Part shown: positions 18,226 through 28,441 of the stretch, one piece after another
Position numbering within the stretch: position 1 is the stretch's first letter
Layout: each line of letters starts with the position of its first letter
Assembly: GCA_030603365.1 (NCBI GenBank)
Contig: JAUVXV010000004.1
Coordinates: 1-64,000, forward strand
DNA: 64,000 nt
Direction: 5' to 3'
From: Candidatus Heimdallarchaeota archaeon
Lineage (GTDB): Archaea > Asgardarchaeota > Heimdallarchaeia > Heimdallarchaeales > Heimdallarchaeaceae
Position numbers and translations under genes: made by a program
The notes under the pieces: model-generated
The model's input: the letters and a program-made list of their open reading frames with translations, nothing else
What the model was told of the DNA's origin: nothing
The model's database searches: none

Positions 18226-20220
18226 TCATCGTTTTCTTTTATATCCTGCAAATTCAAAATGCCAGAATGCATATCCTTCAGAAGCTGCTCTTAATTCTGA
18301 AGCGATCTGTAAAGATGATTTTACACTTATTTCTCCTGTTATAATGGTTTTTGAACCAATATGTTCAGTATCTTCGATTTCGCCTCCAAATCTCTGCATT
18401 ACAGTTAGTACAGATCCTAGATAGTGAAGCGGTGTGTTAACTGTGAACCTATAAAGTGGTTCATATATACCAACATTTCCATCTATCATTGCTTCATGAA
18501 TAGCATTTCTTACAAGTGGAATAATGATTTCATACCTGAAGGAATTGGGTTCTATTTCTTCTATATCTTCTACTATTAGATGAAGTTTGCGAATAGGAAA
18601 TCTTTTGAGTGGTCCCTTAAAAATCGCATTTTTGAAGCCTTCCCTTAGTAAATCTAAGATTTCTTCTGTTGTGTTCACAAATTTAACTTCAAGACAGTTA
18701 TCTTTGTAATCACTGTATATACAGTCTTCATTTTCTTTACTATCTTCTTCAAAAGGCTTACAACTTATAGTAATTTGTAAAAGATCTAGTTGGTCTTTTT
18801 TCTGCAGAGATACTTCTTTATCAATTTGCTCTACTAGATTTACTTCTGGATTAGATACTTCTACAATTATGTTTCCCTTTTGAATTTCACCTAGAATGAT
18901 TTCTAGTTGCAATTCTCCTATTCCAAATATCTTAATCTCTCCAGTATTTTCATCTACATTGTAATGAAAATTAGGCTTGATCAATGATAAAATTTCTAAA
19001 ACTTTAAGTAATTTTGGAATATCAGAAACTCTTTTCGGTTCTATTCTTTGAGAGATAACAGATTCTTGAAGATATGGTATTTGCTTGAAAAGAATATTAG
19101 GGAAATCTTGAATATCATCAACAAAAGTGTCACCAATTTGTACGTTCTCTAATCCTATAAGGACAGCAACATTCCCCGCTCCTACTGAATCCATAGTAAT
19201 AAGAGATTGACCTTTATAGACACAAACCTGTTGTATTCGAGTTACTTCTCCTGTTCTTCTATTGCGAAGTATTGAACCAGATTTTACTTTACCTGAAAAA
19301 ACTCTAGTTACAGCAATAAGGCCTCTATTATCTTCATGTAAAAGTTTTCCCAAACAAATTATAGTAGATCCTTTATCATCACAGTTAGCTAGTGAATCTT
19401 CTGCCTTTTTATCTAAGAATTGTGTGATTAGCTTAGACCGATTCTTTTGCCCAACTTTTGGATTGGGTACGTTTTCTATAATAGCAACCTTAAAAGAGTC
19501 AATTAGAGTGTATTCTTTTTTTAGAATATCAACTTGATTCTCTAAATGATGCTGAATTATTTGTTCAAATGGAGGAATGTTCTTAGAGTATGCTGAAATT
19601 GCCCAACCATGAAGTGCTGAACCAATTAGAACAGTCCCATTATCGAATCTTACTTTCCATTCTTTGTTTAATTGCTCTAGAGAATACTGTTCAATTAGTT
19701 CATTTATCATCTGTATTATATTATTAATTCTTGTTTCGATTTCTTCTTTTGGTAATTTTAATTCATTTATAAGTCTATCAACTTTATTTATGAAAAGGAT
19801 TGGTCTTAGACATTCATTCATAGCTTGTTTGATTACAGATTCTGTTTGAGCCATTACTTGTTCTACTGCATCAACGACAATAACGACGCCATCAACAAGT
19901 CGCAATGCTTGCGAAACCATACCTGAAAAATCAACATGACCAGGTGTATCTATAAGATTAATTAAAAAATCTTTATCCTCGAAGCTAGATATAAGAGAGA
20001 TATTTGCTGTTTTTATAGTAATACCTCTTTTTTGTTCTTCTTCTAGGTAGTCTAGAGCTCTAGCTGTACCAGCCATTGTTCTCGAAATTAACCCTCCGGC
20101 TTGAAGTAAATGGTCAGATAGTGTAGTTTTGCCATGGTCTACGTGACTCACAATACTTACATTACGTATATTGGCTTTGTTTGTCATTAAATTAGAGATG
20201 CTATCAGTGTAAGAGCTCAT
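18226..20220 (-). CDS. Elongation factor 2 paralogue (aEF-2p-like), diphthamide loop degenerate
   Basis: SHVDHGKTT, RGITI, DTPGHVDF, NKVD; no HxDxxHRG in domain IV. Confidence 0.85.
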   Translation of the reverse strand: MSSYTDSISNLMTNKANIRNVSIVSHVDHGKTTLSDHLLQAGGLISRTMAGTARALDYLEEEQKRGITIKTANISLISSFEDKDFLINLIDTPGHVDFSGMVSQALRLVDGVVIVVDAVEQVMAQTESVIKQAMNECLRPILFINKVDRLINELKLPKEEIETRINNIIQMINELIEQYSLEQLNKEWKVRFDNGTVLIGSALHGWAISAYSKNIPPFEQIIQHHLENQVDILKKEYTLIDSFKVAIIENVPNPKVGQKNRSKLITQFLDKKAEDSLANCDDKGSTIICLGKLLHEDNRGLIAVTRVFSGKVKSGSILRNRRTGEVTRIQQVCVYKGQSLITMDSVGAGNVAVLIGLENVQIGDTFVDDIQDFPNILFKQIPYLQESVISQRIEPKRVSDIPKLLKVLEILSLIKPNFHYNVDENTGEIKIFGIGELQLEIILGEIQKGNIIVEVSNPEVNLVEQIDKEVSLQKKDQLDLLQITISCKPFEEDSKENEDCIYSDYKDNCLEVKFVNTTEEILDLLREGFKNAIFKGPLKRFPIRKLHLIVEDIEEIEPNSFRYEIIIPLVRNAIHEAMIDGNVGIYEPLYRFTVNTPLHYLGSVLTVMQRFGGEIEDTEHIGSKTIITGEISVKSSLQIASELRAASEGYAFWHFEFAGYKRKR

Positions 20221-20344
20221 AATTGTTCTGTATTAGACTTGTTTGTTTAAAGATTTATCTTAAATAGTTAAATTAACTTGGGAATTTCCGTTAATGTTTT
20301 AAATTTAAAAGATATAATCTATAATAATCATTCAATCTGCATTT

Positions 20345-20758
20345 GTGAGGTATGATAAAATGTATGAAACAAAAGTTCCAGGAACAAGATATTCTGTCGC
20401 TTTAACTAATGTGAAAGGACAATGGATGCTCCAGATAAAATTAGATGAGCTTGTAGAGGCTGAAACAGCAGTAAAAGACTTGAGTGAGAGGGGTATTCAC
20501 GAGAATATTAAAACTGTAGTGTCAGAAGTTAATCTATATCTGAATGATTTTTTGCTTGATCAAATAACTAAGAAGATTACAGAACAAGCTAATATTCTGT
20601 TCAAGGAAGTATCAGCTACAGCAGCAGTTGCAACACAACAAAGCTCACAGGCAGAGATGTCTGCAATCGAGGAAACACTGATTCAAATTGTCAAAAGAAT
20701 TGAAACATTGGAAGACAGAATTAATCGATTAGAAAGTAATCAATTACATGGTGGGTAG
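20345..20758 (+). CDS. Hypothetical protein with C-terminal coiled coil
   Basis: IVKRIETLEDRINRLE heptads. Confidence 0.6.
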   Translation: MRYDKMYETKVPGTRYSVALTNVKGQWMLQIKLDELVEAETAVKDLSERGIHENIKTVVSEVNLYLNDFLLDQITKKITEQANILFKEVSATAAVATQQSSQAEMSAIEETLIQIVKRIETLEDRINRLESNQLHGG

Positions 20759-20860
20759 TTGAGAATCGAGCATCTTTGCACTCAATCTTTTTTTCTTTAT
20801 TTTCTTACTTAAACGAAATCTTCTTAAAACCCTCAAAACTTCTTTACAAAAGGTGACACA

Positions 20861-21175
20861 ATGGCTCAAAGAGCAAGAATCAGACTAATTGGTAATGACC
20901 CACATTCCATACAAAAGATTTGTAATCAAATACAAAAAATCGCAGAAAGAACCGGAGTACGTATTAGAGGACCAATTCCTTTGCCTTCCAAAAGGATTGT
21001 AATTCCAGTTAGAAAGTCTCCTTGTGGAAATGGTACAGCTACTTATGATCATCTAGAGATGAAACTTCACAAAAGAATAATAGACATGGACGCAGAAGAA
21101 AAAAGCATGAGGCTTCTGATGAGAATTCATGTACCTGAAGATGTTCATATCGAAATAGCCATTGAAAGAAAATAA
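20861..21175 (+). CDS. rpsJ: 30S ribosomal protein uS10
   Basis: ARIRL, GPIPLP, RKSPCGNGTAT, HKRIID. Confidence 0.97.
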   Translation: MAQRARIRLIGNDPHSIQKICNQIQKIAERTGVRIRGPIPLPSKRIVIPVRKSPCGNGTATYDHLEMKLHKRIIDMDAEEKSMRLLMRIHVPEDVHIEIAIERK

Positions 21176-21196
21176 TTTCTAGAAATAATCTATTAT

Positions 21197-22144
21197 CTAG
21201 GAATTTTCTTTTTTAAAAGAGGGATAATAGTATTTTAGATATGTTACTAATTCCTCGGGATTTTTTATATTTGAATTTCCATAAATTGTATCTCTCGCAA
21301 AATTGACCATTGAATCAAAATATTGCTCTATATCTGATTTCGAAATAAGTATGTTATAGGGATATTTTACTTCACCATCTAGTATTTTTGATAATAACGT
21401 TTCTTTAAGATAATCAAGTAAGGTTTTGGATACTTTGCCTCTCATATTGAATAGTATATCTTTGAAAGTTGTATGAAAGGTTTCTATATAATTTATCAGA
21501 TTGAGAATTATCTTACTAAAATACGAGGTATATTCTAATTTTCCTTGTTTTATGTCAATTAATCTAGTTATGAAATGGTTTTCATTCAGTAATTCGATAT
21601 TCAGAACCAAAAAATCTCTGAAATCTTCTTTTCCCTCTAGTATTATTGTTTTATTAATAAACAAACCAAGTTTTTCATTTATATTAAAAAGTTGATTAGG
21701 TTTTTGTTTATTAATTATAAGTTCATATCTACTAAAAGGAGGAAAAGGAAATTCAAAGATAACAATACTTGTATCATTCTTCTCTGTTATTTCTCTAATT
21801 GTCCCTACTAATACTTTCGTTTTACCATCTAATCGTTTAATGAAATTTAAGTCAATCTCGGTGCTTATATTACCAAATTTGCCATCAGAGACTACTATTT
21901 CACCTTTTTTGTTCTCATAACAGTATCCGTTTGTAATAGTTAGCTTTAAACCCACCATTATATCATTAGATGCTGAAATAGAATCTTTTAGTTTATAGTT
22001 ATAATCTCTATATTTGGTTTTTAATCTTCCAACAAATCCCCACTGGTTAAGTTTAACTGAAAGTATCTCTCCTTGAAGAAAAACAATTGTTTTTCCTGAT
22101 TGTGGAGGTTCACTATTGGAATTGTTCTTTTTACTATTCATCAT
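21197..22144 (-). CDS. Hypothetical protein with probable OB-fold domain(s)
   Basis: LTITNGYCYENKKGEIVVSDGKFGNI resembles SSB/RPA OB-fold C-terminal strands. Confidence 0.5.
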   Translation of the reverse strand: MMNSKKNNSNSEPPQSGKTIVFLQGEILSVKLNQWGFVGRLKTKYRDYNYKLKDSISASNDIMVGLKLTITNGYCYENKKGEIVVSDGKFGNISTEIDLNFIKRLDGKTKVLVGTIREITEKNDTSIVIFEFPFPPFSRYELIINKQKPNQLFNINEKLGLFINKTIILEGKEDFRDFLVLNIELLNENHFITRLIDIKQGKLEYTSYFSKIILNLINYIETFHTTFKDILFNMRGKVSKTLLDYLKETLLSKILDGEVKYPYNILISKSDIEQYFDSMVNFARDTIYGNSNIKNPEELVTYLKYYYPSFKKENS

Positions 22145-22185
22145 ATTCTATCAAAAATAAACTATAAAAAGTCGATAGTTCAGAT

Positions 22186-23760
22186 TTAAAGCTCAGTTAA
22201 TTCTTTTACTTTAAATGGAATTTTATTTTCCTTGAATTTTGATTGAATAAAGGAAAACAGATCTTTAGCTTCTTCTTGTTTCTCAATTTGACATATTATA
22301 TGTTTATCATATTTCATTTTTGCAATGAAAGTAACGGTTTCGAACCAAAGGTTACTGAGCATTTCTTCTGATATAACTGAGGAAAAAACATATTGACTGA
22401 ATGGAAAAGTCTCACTAAGTTCAATAGGAAGAAGACCGATAAAAGGAACAAGAAACGCAAAATCATACTCATTTGATGTTTCTGTAACAAATTTCTTTAC
22501 ATCTGGTCTTGAATAAAGAAATTCTGTTGGATTCTTCCACCCTGATGAAATGAGGATAACAAGTTTAGAACTTTTAGGTTTAAAAGAATCATACATTTGA
22601 GTTCTAGCCCTTGTATATTCGGGTCGGTAGAAAGAATCTTCATCATAGATTTTCAATCCAATTTGCTTTGTAACTGGTGTAGCAAATTCAAGAAAGTCTC
22701 CCTTAAATTCATCGATTATAAACTTGAAAGCTCTATATAAAGCGGGGTGTGATTTCGATCTCCTTTCCAGCAATTCCCATAAATTCCCATCCTTAATGCT
22801 TACTTTGATGTTCTTAATCTCCGCTTGAGAAACATATAGGTTATGTAAAGCAATGTTTCGTATTCTGGATTCTTTATCAGATTCTAGGAGTTCCTTAGAT
22901 GTCCATTTTGAACAGATCTCACAGGGACATGGGAGTTCTAATAAGTCGGATAAATGGTAGGTTCCTGAGGTTGTCATATAACGGTTCTCTTTGGCATATA
23001 AGATATACGCTGCACTATCGAAAGTATCACAACCTAAAGCTACTATAAAGGGAAAAATCATTGGGTGACCTGCACCAAATAAGTGAAAAGGTATGTTATG
23101 AGGAAGCAATTCTCTTGCTGTTTTTATCATAGAAAATAAACTTGTGAAGTCATACCGTGACATTAAGGGTGCTACACTACCAAGAGCATGAAAATTAAAA
23201 CTCTCAAGATAATTCTTTTGTTTTACTGTTTCTATATATTGCTTTAGTAAATGAATGTTCTTTCCTCCCTGTATGGGGAGTGTCCATACTGTTTCTGGAT
23301 GACTGTTAATATATGGTATAGATATTTCAACACGTCTAATTGTCTCTTCGACTTTCTGCTTAGCTTGTGTGTATGTGTCGGTAGGAGGAGTTGGTACATC
23401 TAAGATGACTCCTACATCGGTCCCTAAATTAGTTTGAATAGTAAGAGATTGTATAGGATCTATTTCAACATCACCATATACAAGAACTTGGTAGGCTCCA
23501 CTATCCATCATTATATTTCCATCATAATCCAGAGTCTTATGTATGTCATCAGAGCTAGACGGCATCCCAAATCGTTTGAAATAAAGGTAAGCACTTGTGA
23601 TCACAAAATTGAAACCGAATTTTTTCTTCATATCCTGAGGTGGAATAATATTGTTCTTAGGGTCTATTACTGGTAAAAGTGTAGGAGTCACAACTTCCCC
23701 CTTTGGTAGTAATACTTTGCCTATTCTTCCGTGTAAATCTGAGGATGTTATTTCGTCCAT
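22186..23760 (-). CDS. tgtA: Archaeosine tRNA-guanine(15) transglycosylase
   Basis: MMDSGAYQ, PIQGG, HLFGAGHP, DTFDSAAY, CPCEIC, HNL. Confidence 0.94.
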   Translation of the reverse strand: MDEITSSDLHGRIGKVLLPKGEVVTPTLLPVIDPKNNIIPPQDMKKKFGFNFVITSAYLYFKRFGMPSSSDDIHKTLDYDGNIMMDSGAYQVLVYGDVEIDPIQSLTIQTNLGTDVGVILDVPTPPTDTYTQAKQKVEETIRRVEISIPYINSHPETVWTLPIQGGKNIHLLKQYIETVKQKNYLESFNFHALGSVAPLMSRYDFTSLFSMIKTARELLPHNIPFHLFGAGHPMIFPFIVALGCDTFDSAAYILYAKENRYMTTSGTYHLSDLLELPCPCEICSKWTSKELLESDKESRIRNIALHNLYVSQAEIKNIKVSIKDGNLWELLERRSKSHPALYRAFKFIIDEFKGDFLEFATPVTKQIGLKIYDEDSFYRPEYTRARTQMYDSFKPKSSKLVILISSGWKNPTEFLYSRPDVKKFVTETSNEYDFAFLVPFIGLLPIELSETFPFSQYVFSSVISEEMLSNLWFETVTFIAKMKYDKHIICQIEKQEEAKDLFSFIQSKFKENKIPFKVKELTEL

Positions 23761-23815
23761 CTTTCTTAACCTACCATTATTAAAAAAATAAAAAGAAATA
23801 TCTTAAATGTAATTA

Positions 23816-24235
23816 TTATGCTTTTTCTGCTTTGTACTTGTCGTAGATTTTTTGAATTCGTTCAGATATAGGTCCTGAGCCTTTAACTCCCTCTTCACTT
23901 ACAGTAAATCTATCAAAAACCTGAATTATTGCGGCCTCTTCAATGACTTTAACATTCTGAGGTTGGAACATTTGAGATAATTCACTTGCTAAACCTTGTA
24001 AGTCAAAGGGTTCTTCAGCTAAAGTTATTTCCACGATGTTCCTTCCTGTAATGAAGACCCTATAATAGTAATCTTTGTTACAAGTAGCATCTGCCAAGAC
24101 TACATTAAGCGAGGTATCTTGTATTCCACGTAGTACACCAGTGTATATGTTTCCATTATTCATTGTGAGTTTAACTCTCTTATTTACAAGTCCACTTAAT
24201 TCAAGCAGAAATTCACGATTTGGGTTTGCTGGCAT
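23816..24235 (-). CDS. Sm-like protein with C-terminal domain (SmAP3-like); start revised to MPANPN
   Basis: Sm1/Sm2 motifs YTGVLRG..LNVVLADA, ITGRNIVEI; C-terminal EPFDL..VSEEGVKGSGP. Confidence 0.85.
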   Translation of the reverse strand: MPANPNREFLLELSGLVNKRVKLTMNNGNIYTGVLRGIQDTSLNVVLADATCNKDYYYRVFITGRNIVEITLAEEPFDLQGLASELSQMFQPQNVKVIEEAAIIQVFDRFTVSEEGVKGSGPISERIQKIYDKYKAEKA

Positions 24236-24297
24236 AATTATCAATGCAAGCTCAAAGTTGCTATAAAAAAATGTTATGATTAGCGATATTGAGAGAA

Positions 24298-26313
24298 TCA
24301 CATCAAAAAAGGTTTTAATTCACTGTTTTTTATAGTGTTTTTAATTCTATCTTTTAAATCTCTGTGAACTATTGTAACAATTGGACATATTTCTGAACAT
24401 TGGTTGCATTTGGTACAGTTTGCTTCATCAACATAGATAATACTATCTTGAATTGTTATCGCTCCAACTTCACATTTTCCAATACATAGTTCACAATTTA
24501 TACATTCAAGAGCTCTCAAAATTGTATAGGTGAAATTTTCTATTACTTTCCGGACACTCATATCAGTAAGATTCTTTTGCTTACGAAAATTAATTTTGAA
24601 AGTTCCATCTGAATAGAGTATTACAGAATACTTCTTATTGAACACCCTGACAAAATCTAACTTTCGATTTACTTGAACTCTCCCTATCATTATTAAGGCA
24701 CTGGAAACTCTTTGTAGATCAATTTTATTCGAAAAATTACCAATAATACTTAATGGCATTGTAACACAATCGCTTGATTCTATTTGAAAAGCTCTTAATT
24801 CATTATTAGGTGAAATGGATTTAATGTTGCTATGGTCAAGAGATAAAGCACTAATAATTTTCTTAGGTATATTTTTGAACCTCCATAAACCATAACGCCA
24901 GTAATCATCTGACAAACTTTTTTCATCTTTCCACTTATCTACTGCTGCATGAAGTTTCTCATATAATTCAGTATGATTTTCTTTAAGAATGTTCAATTGA
25001 GCCATATCAGATGATGGGCAAACCCAACAACCTATTCTTTCATAACCGGTATCATAAAGCGGATTATAGGGTAAGTCCTTCCACATTATGTACATCCATA
25101 TCAAAAGAGAGGTCCAATTCTGTATAGGGGAAACATTAATTTGATTTGAAATATAGGAGTTTTGCCAGACATCAGATCCTGTTCTTTGAAATGATTCATA
25201 TCTTCGCTGACCTACAAAACTGATACATTGTTCACCTTTGTATATCCTATCAATTGCTCTTTTAATTGGAGCAAGTTTAGCAAATTTACAACAATATCTA
25301 AAGTCTCTTCCTGGAGGGCCAAACTTGTCAAATGCATTCCAAAAAACTTCTGTCGATACTCGTTCGATAATTAACTTATCCTGAAAACCAAGCATTCGAC
25401 TACTTTCTTCTACATACTTTACAGTTTCCGGAAACTCAATTCCTGTATCTATAAATAGAACTTTAAAATCAGTATCTGGTAATGCTTTACTAACCAATGA
25501 ATATGTGACTAGACTATCTTTTCCACCACTATAAGAAACCATTAAGGGTAAACCAAAATCGTCTTTGATCTTATTTATGAATTCTATAGCTGTACTTTCT
25601 AGTTTCTCAAGCTCCCTTCTATTCAACTCAATTACATCTTTCCATGTTCGTTTAAATATTCTTGGTCTATATTCCTTGTCAACAGCACGATAGTTCTTTG
25701 CATAAACACCCTTAGTATGTTCTTGTCTTTTCGCTTCATCTATTCTAGCAATGCCTCCCGCAACTATATTGAACTGTTCATCAACTATTGCAATGTAGTC
25801 TCCATTAATAATATCAGGATCAGCATCTAGTACGCCTGGAATAAGAACACTAGCTCCTTGAGATATTTTCTCTTTGGCTATTTCATCAACTTTAACCCAT
25901 CGTTTGGATATCTTCTTATTCAATAGCGATAATCCATTTACATTAAGCTTGATTTGCCATTTGCTGGATCTCAAATCATATCTTCTTGTACCAATGCTAT
26001 TACCATAGAAAATTATCTCTTCCAACTGATCCTCTGACCCTACATGATTGAGTAGAACAATGTCTTCTTTTTGTATTATATTTGTATTCTCACCAAAGTT
26101 AGTTTCTATTAGTTTCTTTATTTCCAGGACTTCTTTCTGCGTTGCAGGCCTTACATCAAAAGGAGGAGTAAGTTGAACTTTTCTTACATTTTTTTCACAT
26201 ATTGGACACTTATCAGTTATGATAATAGGAAGGGAACAATCATGACAATAGAATAAAAGATTTGGTCCAAGGTACGGGATGTTTTTCTTACTTCTTTTTT
26301 TACTAGGTCCGAT
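24298..26313 (-). CDS. PAPS-reductase-family protein with N-terminal Zn ribbon, PUA and 4Fe-4S domains; extended 96 codons beyond the ORF track to an apparent ATC start
   Basis: SYSGGKDS, RYCC, RIGCWVCP, two CxxCxxCxxxC; upstream frame open and encodes YLGPNLLFYCHDC..CPIC..TPPFDVRPA. Confidence 0.85.
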   Translation of the reverse strand: MGPSKKRSKKNIPYLGPNLLFYCHDCSLPIIITDKCPICEKNVRKVQLTPPFDVRPATQKEVLEIKKLIETNFGENTNIIQKEDIVLLNHVGSEDQLEEIIFYGNSIGTRRYDLRSSKWQIKLNVNGLSLLNKKISKRWVKVDEIAKEKISQGASVLIPGVLDADPDIINGDYIAIVDEQFNIVAGGIARIDEAKRQEHTKGVYAKNYRAVDKEYRPRIFKRTWKDVIELNRRELEKLESTAIEFINKIKDDFGLPLMVSYSGGKDSLVTYSLVSKALPDTDFKVLFIDTGIEFPETVKYVEESSRMLGFQDKLIIERVSTEVFWNAFDKFGPPGRDFRYCCKFAKLAPIKRAIDRIYKGEQCISFVGQRRYESFQRTGSDVWQNSYISNQINVSPIQNWTSLLIWMYIMWKDLPYNPLYDTGYERIGCWVCPSSDMAQLNILKENHTELYEKLHAAVDKWKDEKSLSDDYWRYGLWRFKNIPKKIISALSLDHSNIKSISPNNELRAFQIESSDCVTMPLSIIGNFSNKIDLQRVSSALIMIGRVQVNRKLDFVRVFNKKYSVILYSDGTFKINFRKQKNLTDMSVRKVIENFTYTILRALECINCELCIGKCEVGAITIQDSIIYVDEANCTKCNQCSEICPIVTIVHRDLKDRIKNTIKNSELKPFLM

Positions 26314-26326
26314 TTTTTACACCTAC

Positions 26327-27346
26327 TCACATCTCTCTAAGTAATTTCATAAGAATTCTTGGAATTTGCTTATGACTAGACACTTCTGCATATTTTCCTC
26401 TACCCAATCTAGCGAGATCTTTACAAACACGTCTACCCCAATCATGTTTACTCGGAAGCGATATAACATGAAGTTTTGGGAAGTATTTTAGAAGAGCACG
26501 AGGATCACCACCTCTATTGAACGCACCATCAGTTACAATAATACCAAATTTATTTTTCTTCTTTATTTTAGCAAGCTCGAGTCCTCCGTACCTTAATCCC
26601 TCAGCTAAATTTGTATAGCCTGCACTTTCACTTTCTAGAATGCGGTTAATTAGTTCATCTGAATTCAGTCTTTCTTTCATTCTTTTGATAGTATAGGCTT
26701 TTGTATTGAACAGTACTACGCTGAAATTATCCCTAGAAAGATTATAAGCCATAACAGCTACAGTTAATGCTGCGGTAGTAAATCTTTCCCCATAGAGTGA
26801 ACCTGATGTATCAAACATCAATACAGCAGTTTTCATTCTTTCTTTTTTCTCTAAACTAACAATATCTTCCGTATTTAGTATTCTGCTTCTGTTCTCTAGA
26901 AAACGTTCCATAGTTTCATCAAGATCGAATTCATCCAATCCAATTTCATATTCGGTTTGTTCAAAGACTTCTCCCCTGATACCTTGACTAGTGATTCCTG
27001 TAGCTGTTGTCATTATCACTTGTCTAGCTAATCTACGAAAAACTGGACGCATTCTATCATCTAAAGCTGAACGAAGCATGAAAAATAATTCAGGAGCACT
27101 ATTATCTCCTTTTGAAGCTCTTCGAGCTATCATGGTAAAACCTTTTTTTGAGTTGAGAGCTTCTGCAACTGCAAATTTGTTTGATATTGCCATACCTTGA
27201 ATTGCAGGCATATTATCTACGTCTATCGCTAACTCTGTTTGTTTCTTAATCTCATAATAACTCATACCTTCTGAGAGATTAGAATAAACTGAAGGGTTTC
27301 TCTTACCTGAAACTATTTCAGCCTCAAGTAACCTACCCTTATCCAT
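26327..27346 (-). CDS. VWA-domain protein (CoxE-like), possibly expressed as a -1 frameshift fusion to MoxR
   Basis: MIDAS motif DTSGS, YTN, VTDG. Confidence 0.88.
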   Translation of the reverse strand: MDKGRLLEAEIVSGKRNPSVYSNLSEGMSYYEIKKQTELAIDVDNMPAIQGMAISNKFAVAEALNSKKGFTMIARRASKGDNSAPELFFMLRSALDDRMRPVFRRLARQVIMTTATGITSQGIRGEVFEQTEYEIGLDEFDLDETMERFLENRSRILNTEDIVSLEKKERMKTAVLMFDTSGSLYGERFTTAALTVAVMAYNLSRDNFSVVLFNTKAYTIKRMKERLNSDELINRILESESAGYTNLAEGLRYGGLELAKIKKKNKFGIIVTDGAFNRGGDPRALLKYFPKLHVISLPSKHDWGRRVCKDLARLGRGKYAEVSSHKQIPRILMKLLREM

Positions 27347-27405
27347 TTTCCCTCGAAAGACAAAAGGCTTCTGGAAATCTTCTAACGGTCCTCCACTTCC
27401 CTCAT

Positions 27406-28332
27406 CTAGAAAAAATCCAACTCTTTGAAGGCACTTGTAACAATGTTACGAATTACATCTTCAACCTGACTTTCGACACCATCTTCTAATTCAATTTTAG
27501 TAGCTAATGCCATTATAGAACCATCAATCCATGATTCCATATCATTAACTTCAAGGAAACGAATTATAGCTGCTAAATCAATTGCACCTCTTATAGAAGC
27601 TCCTCTTCTTAAATCAGGCCAATCCCTTGTTTGTCTAACAATTTTAACAGCAATTGTAATTACTTTATCCTCTTTTATACCTGTACGAACACTAACAATA
27701 TTTTTCTCTTCTTCTTCAGATTGATATTGTAGTCTTATCCAAACAAATCGATCTCTTAATGCTTCACTTAATGGAGTTGTAGCAACAAGTTCAGCAGGAT
27801 TCATTGCACTTATTATGAAAAATCCTTCTTTTGCTTTAATCTTTCCAAGTTTGGGGATAATAACAATTCCTTCATCCATTGCCGCTAATAAAACATTTTG
27901 AGTTCCTTCGGGCATCCTGTTTAATTCATTCAGAAATAGTATTGCCCCTTGTTTCATAGCTTTTGTTAAAGGTCCTGTAACAAAGGAATCCCAAGAATAT
28001 CCACCTTCTATTACCATTGGAGGATCAAAATGACCTACTAGTTTTGCAGAACTGTATCTTTCATCTCCATCAACACGTTCTAAATCTTGACTGAAATATG
28101 AAGCTAAAGCATGAGCAAGAGTTGTTTTCCCAACACCTACATCTCCTTCCAATAAAATGTGTCTATTTGCTAATTTAGCAGCTAAACATTTACGAAGTTC
28201 TTCTGTTCTTCCGACTATATTGAATTGATTTTGAATTTCTTCAATCATCTCATCAATAGTTTTATCTTGCATCACTGTGCCTTCCATCGTTGTATCTTTC
28301 CCACTAAAATTTTTGCTCTTAATTTCGAACAA
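27406..28332 (-). CDS. MoxR-family AAA+ ATPase
   Basis: LLEGDVGVGKTT, LNELNR, AMNP, LSEALRDRF. Confidence 0.92.
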   Translation of the reverse strand: MFEIKSKNFSGKDTTMEGTVMQDKTIDEMIEEIQNQFNIVGRTEELRKCLAAKLANRHILLEGDVGVGKTTLAHALASYFSQDLERVDGDERYSSAKLVGHFDPPMVIEGGYSWDSFVTGPLTKAMKQGAILFLNELNRMPEGTQNVLLAAMDEGIVIIPKLGKIKAKEGFFIISAMNPAELVATTPLSEALRDRFVWIRLQYQSEEEEKNIVSVRTGIKEDKVITIAVKIVRQTRDWPDLRRGASIRGAIDLAAIIRFLEVNDMESWIDGSIMALATKIELEDGVESQVEDVIRNIVTSAFKELDFF

Positions 28333-28441
28333 TAGTTTTATACTACAAAGTTTTAAATACTTTTAGATATTTGGGTTATGCAAAAAATAAGTTTTTCTGT
28401 GATTTCTATTTCTTTCTGCTTTGTTCATGAAAAAAATGAAA

